Assembly (NCBI GenBank): GCA_963755715.1
Contig: CAVWLW010000076.1
Location: 49,413-113,412, forward strand
Reading direction: 5' to 3'
Length of the DNA stretch: 64,000 nucleotides
DNA from: an uncultured delta proteobacterium
GTDB taxonomy: Bacteria > Desulfobacterota > Binatia > UBA9968
A program made the position numbers and the translations under genes. A model generated the notes under the pieces. It searched no databases. It had not been told where the DNA came from and saw only the letters and a program-made list of their open reading frames with translations. This document shows, piece by piece, positions 63,608 to 64,000 of this stretch (position 1 is the stretch's first letter; each line of letters begins with the position of its first letter).

Positions 63608-63688
63608 AGTAGTACTGAGTTATGAGCGCTGAGTGCTGAGGGTTTCAGAGCGGATGGCATTTTTCTCCTCTCGGCACTCAGCACTCGT
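63608..63688. repeat. Heptamer repeats (GTGCTGA-like) with inverted set in tRNA spacer
   Basis: gtactgagttatgagcgctgagtgctgag ... ctcggcactcagcactc. Confidence 0.55.
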
Positions 63689-63699
63689 TATCTTTTTTG

Positions 63700-63776
63700 G
63701 CGCCAGTAGCTCAGTTGGATAGAGCAACGGCCTTCTAAGCCGTAGGTCAGGGGTTCGAATCCCTTCTGGCGCGCCA
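63700..63776 (+). tRNA. tRNA-Arg(TCT)
   Basis: Cloverleaf, anticodon TCT, CCA. Confidence 0.95.
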
Positions 63777-63791
63777 GAATAGTTTGTTTAC

Positions 63792-63869
63792 GGTGAGTGT
63801 AGCTCAACTGGTTAGAGCACTGGGTTGTGGTCCCAGGGGTTGAGGGTTCAAGTCCCTTCACTCACCCCA
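63792..63869 (+). tRNA. tRNA-His(GTG)
   Basis: G-1, anticodon GTG, CCA. Confidence 0.95.
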
Positions 63870-63964
63870 GTTTTGCAAAAGTCTGAAGGATGAGGGATAA
63901 AGGCAGAAGAGCACGCAATGCTTTCTGATTCATCCCGCTGCCTTCCTACTTCGTCCTTTGTGTC

Positions 63965-64000
63965 GGGCCGCTAGCTCAGTTGGTAGAGCAGCTGACTCTT
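63965..64000 (+). tRNA. tRNA-Lys(CTT), truncated by window end
   Basis: GGGCCGCTAGCTCAGTTGGTAGAGCAGCTGACTCTT. Confidence 0.8.

Overview
GC-rich bacterial chromosomal window (gene content resembles Deltaproteobacteria-like/Ca. Binatia genomes; this is an inference). At least a dozen genes carry single-base frameshifts, which suggests an unpolished long-read assembly. Main blocks: (1) 1-9.5 kb, a minus-strand metal-uptake region opposite a DtxR/MntR-family repressor: phnDCE-like ABC transporter, cytochrome c-FTR1 permease, outer-membrane barrel/FMN-binding/ApbE/cytochrome b-like flavinylation module, and the start of an exbB/tolQ gene; (2) 10-28 kb, Usp, nitrilase, two circularly permuted ATP-grasp/alpha-E/transglutaminase sets, glucan phosphorylase and PEP carboxylase; (3) 35-52 kb, a sigma-54 nitrogen-assimilation region (glnK-amtB, glnA, ANTAR regulator with its RNA target, nirA-Rieske fusion, nrtABCD, nitrate reductase, porin); (4) 52-64 kb, ArnT-like transferase, Bug-family binding proteins, a PrdB/GrdB-like selenoprotein split by ORF callers, yggS/yggT/rph/rdgB and a tRNA cluster. 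The strongest candidate for an undescribed system is in block 1. Two small Mu-Com-like zinc-ribbon genes are each followed by a 31-nt leader motif (28/31 identical between copies). The 3' end of the motif forms the 5' arm of a terminator in one copy and of a Shine-Dalgarno/AUG-sequestering hairpin in the other. This suggests a chromosomal Com-type RNA-binding antitermination/translational-activation system acting on metal uptake, in addition to DtxR-type repression.
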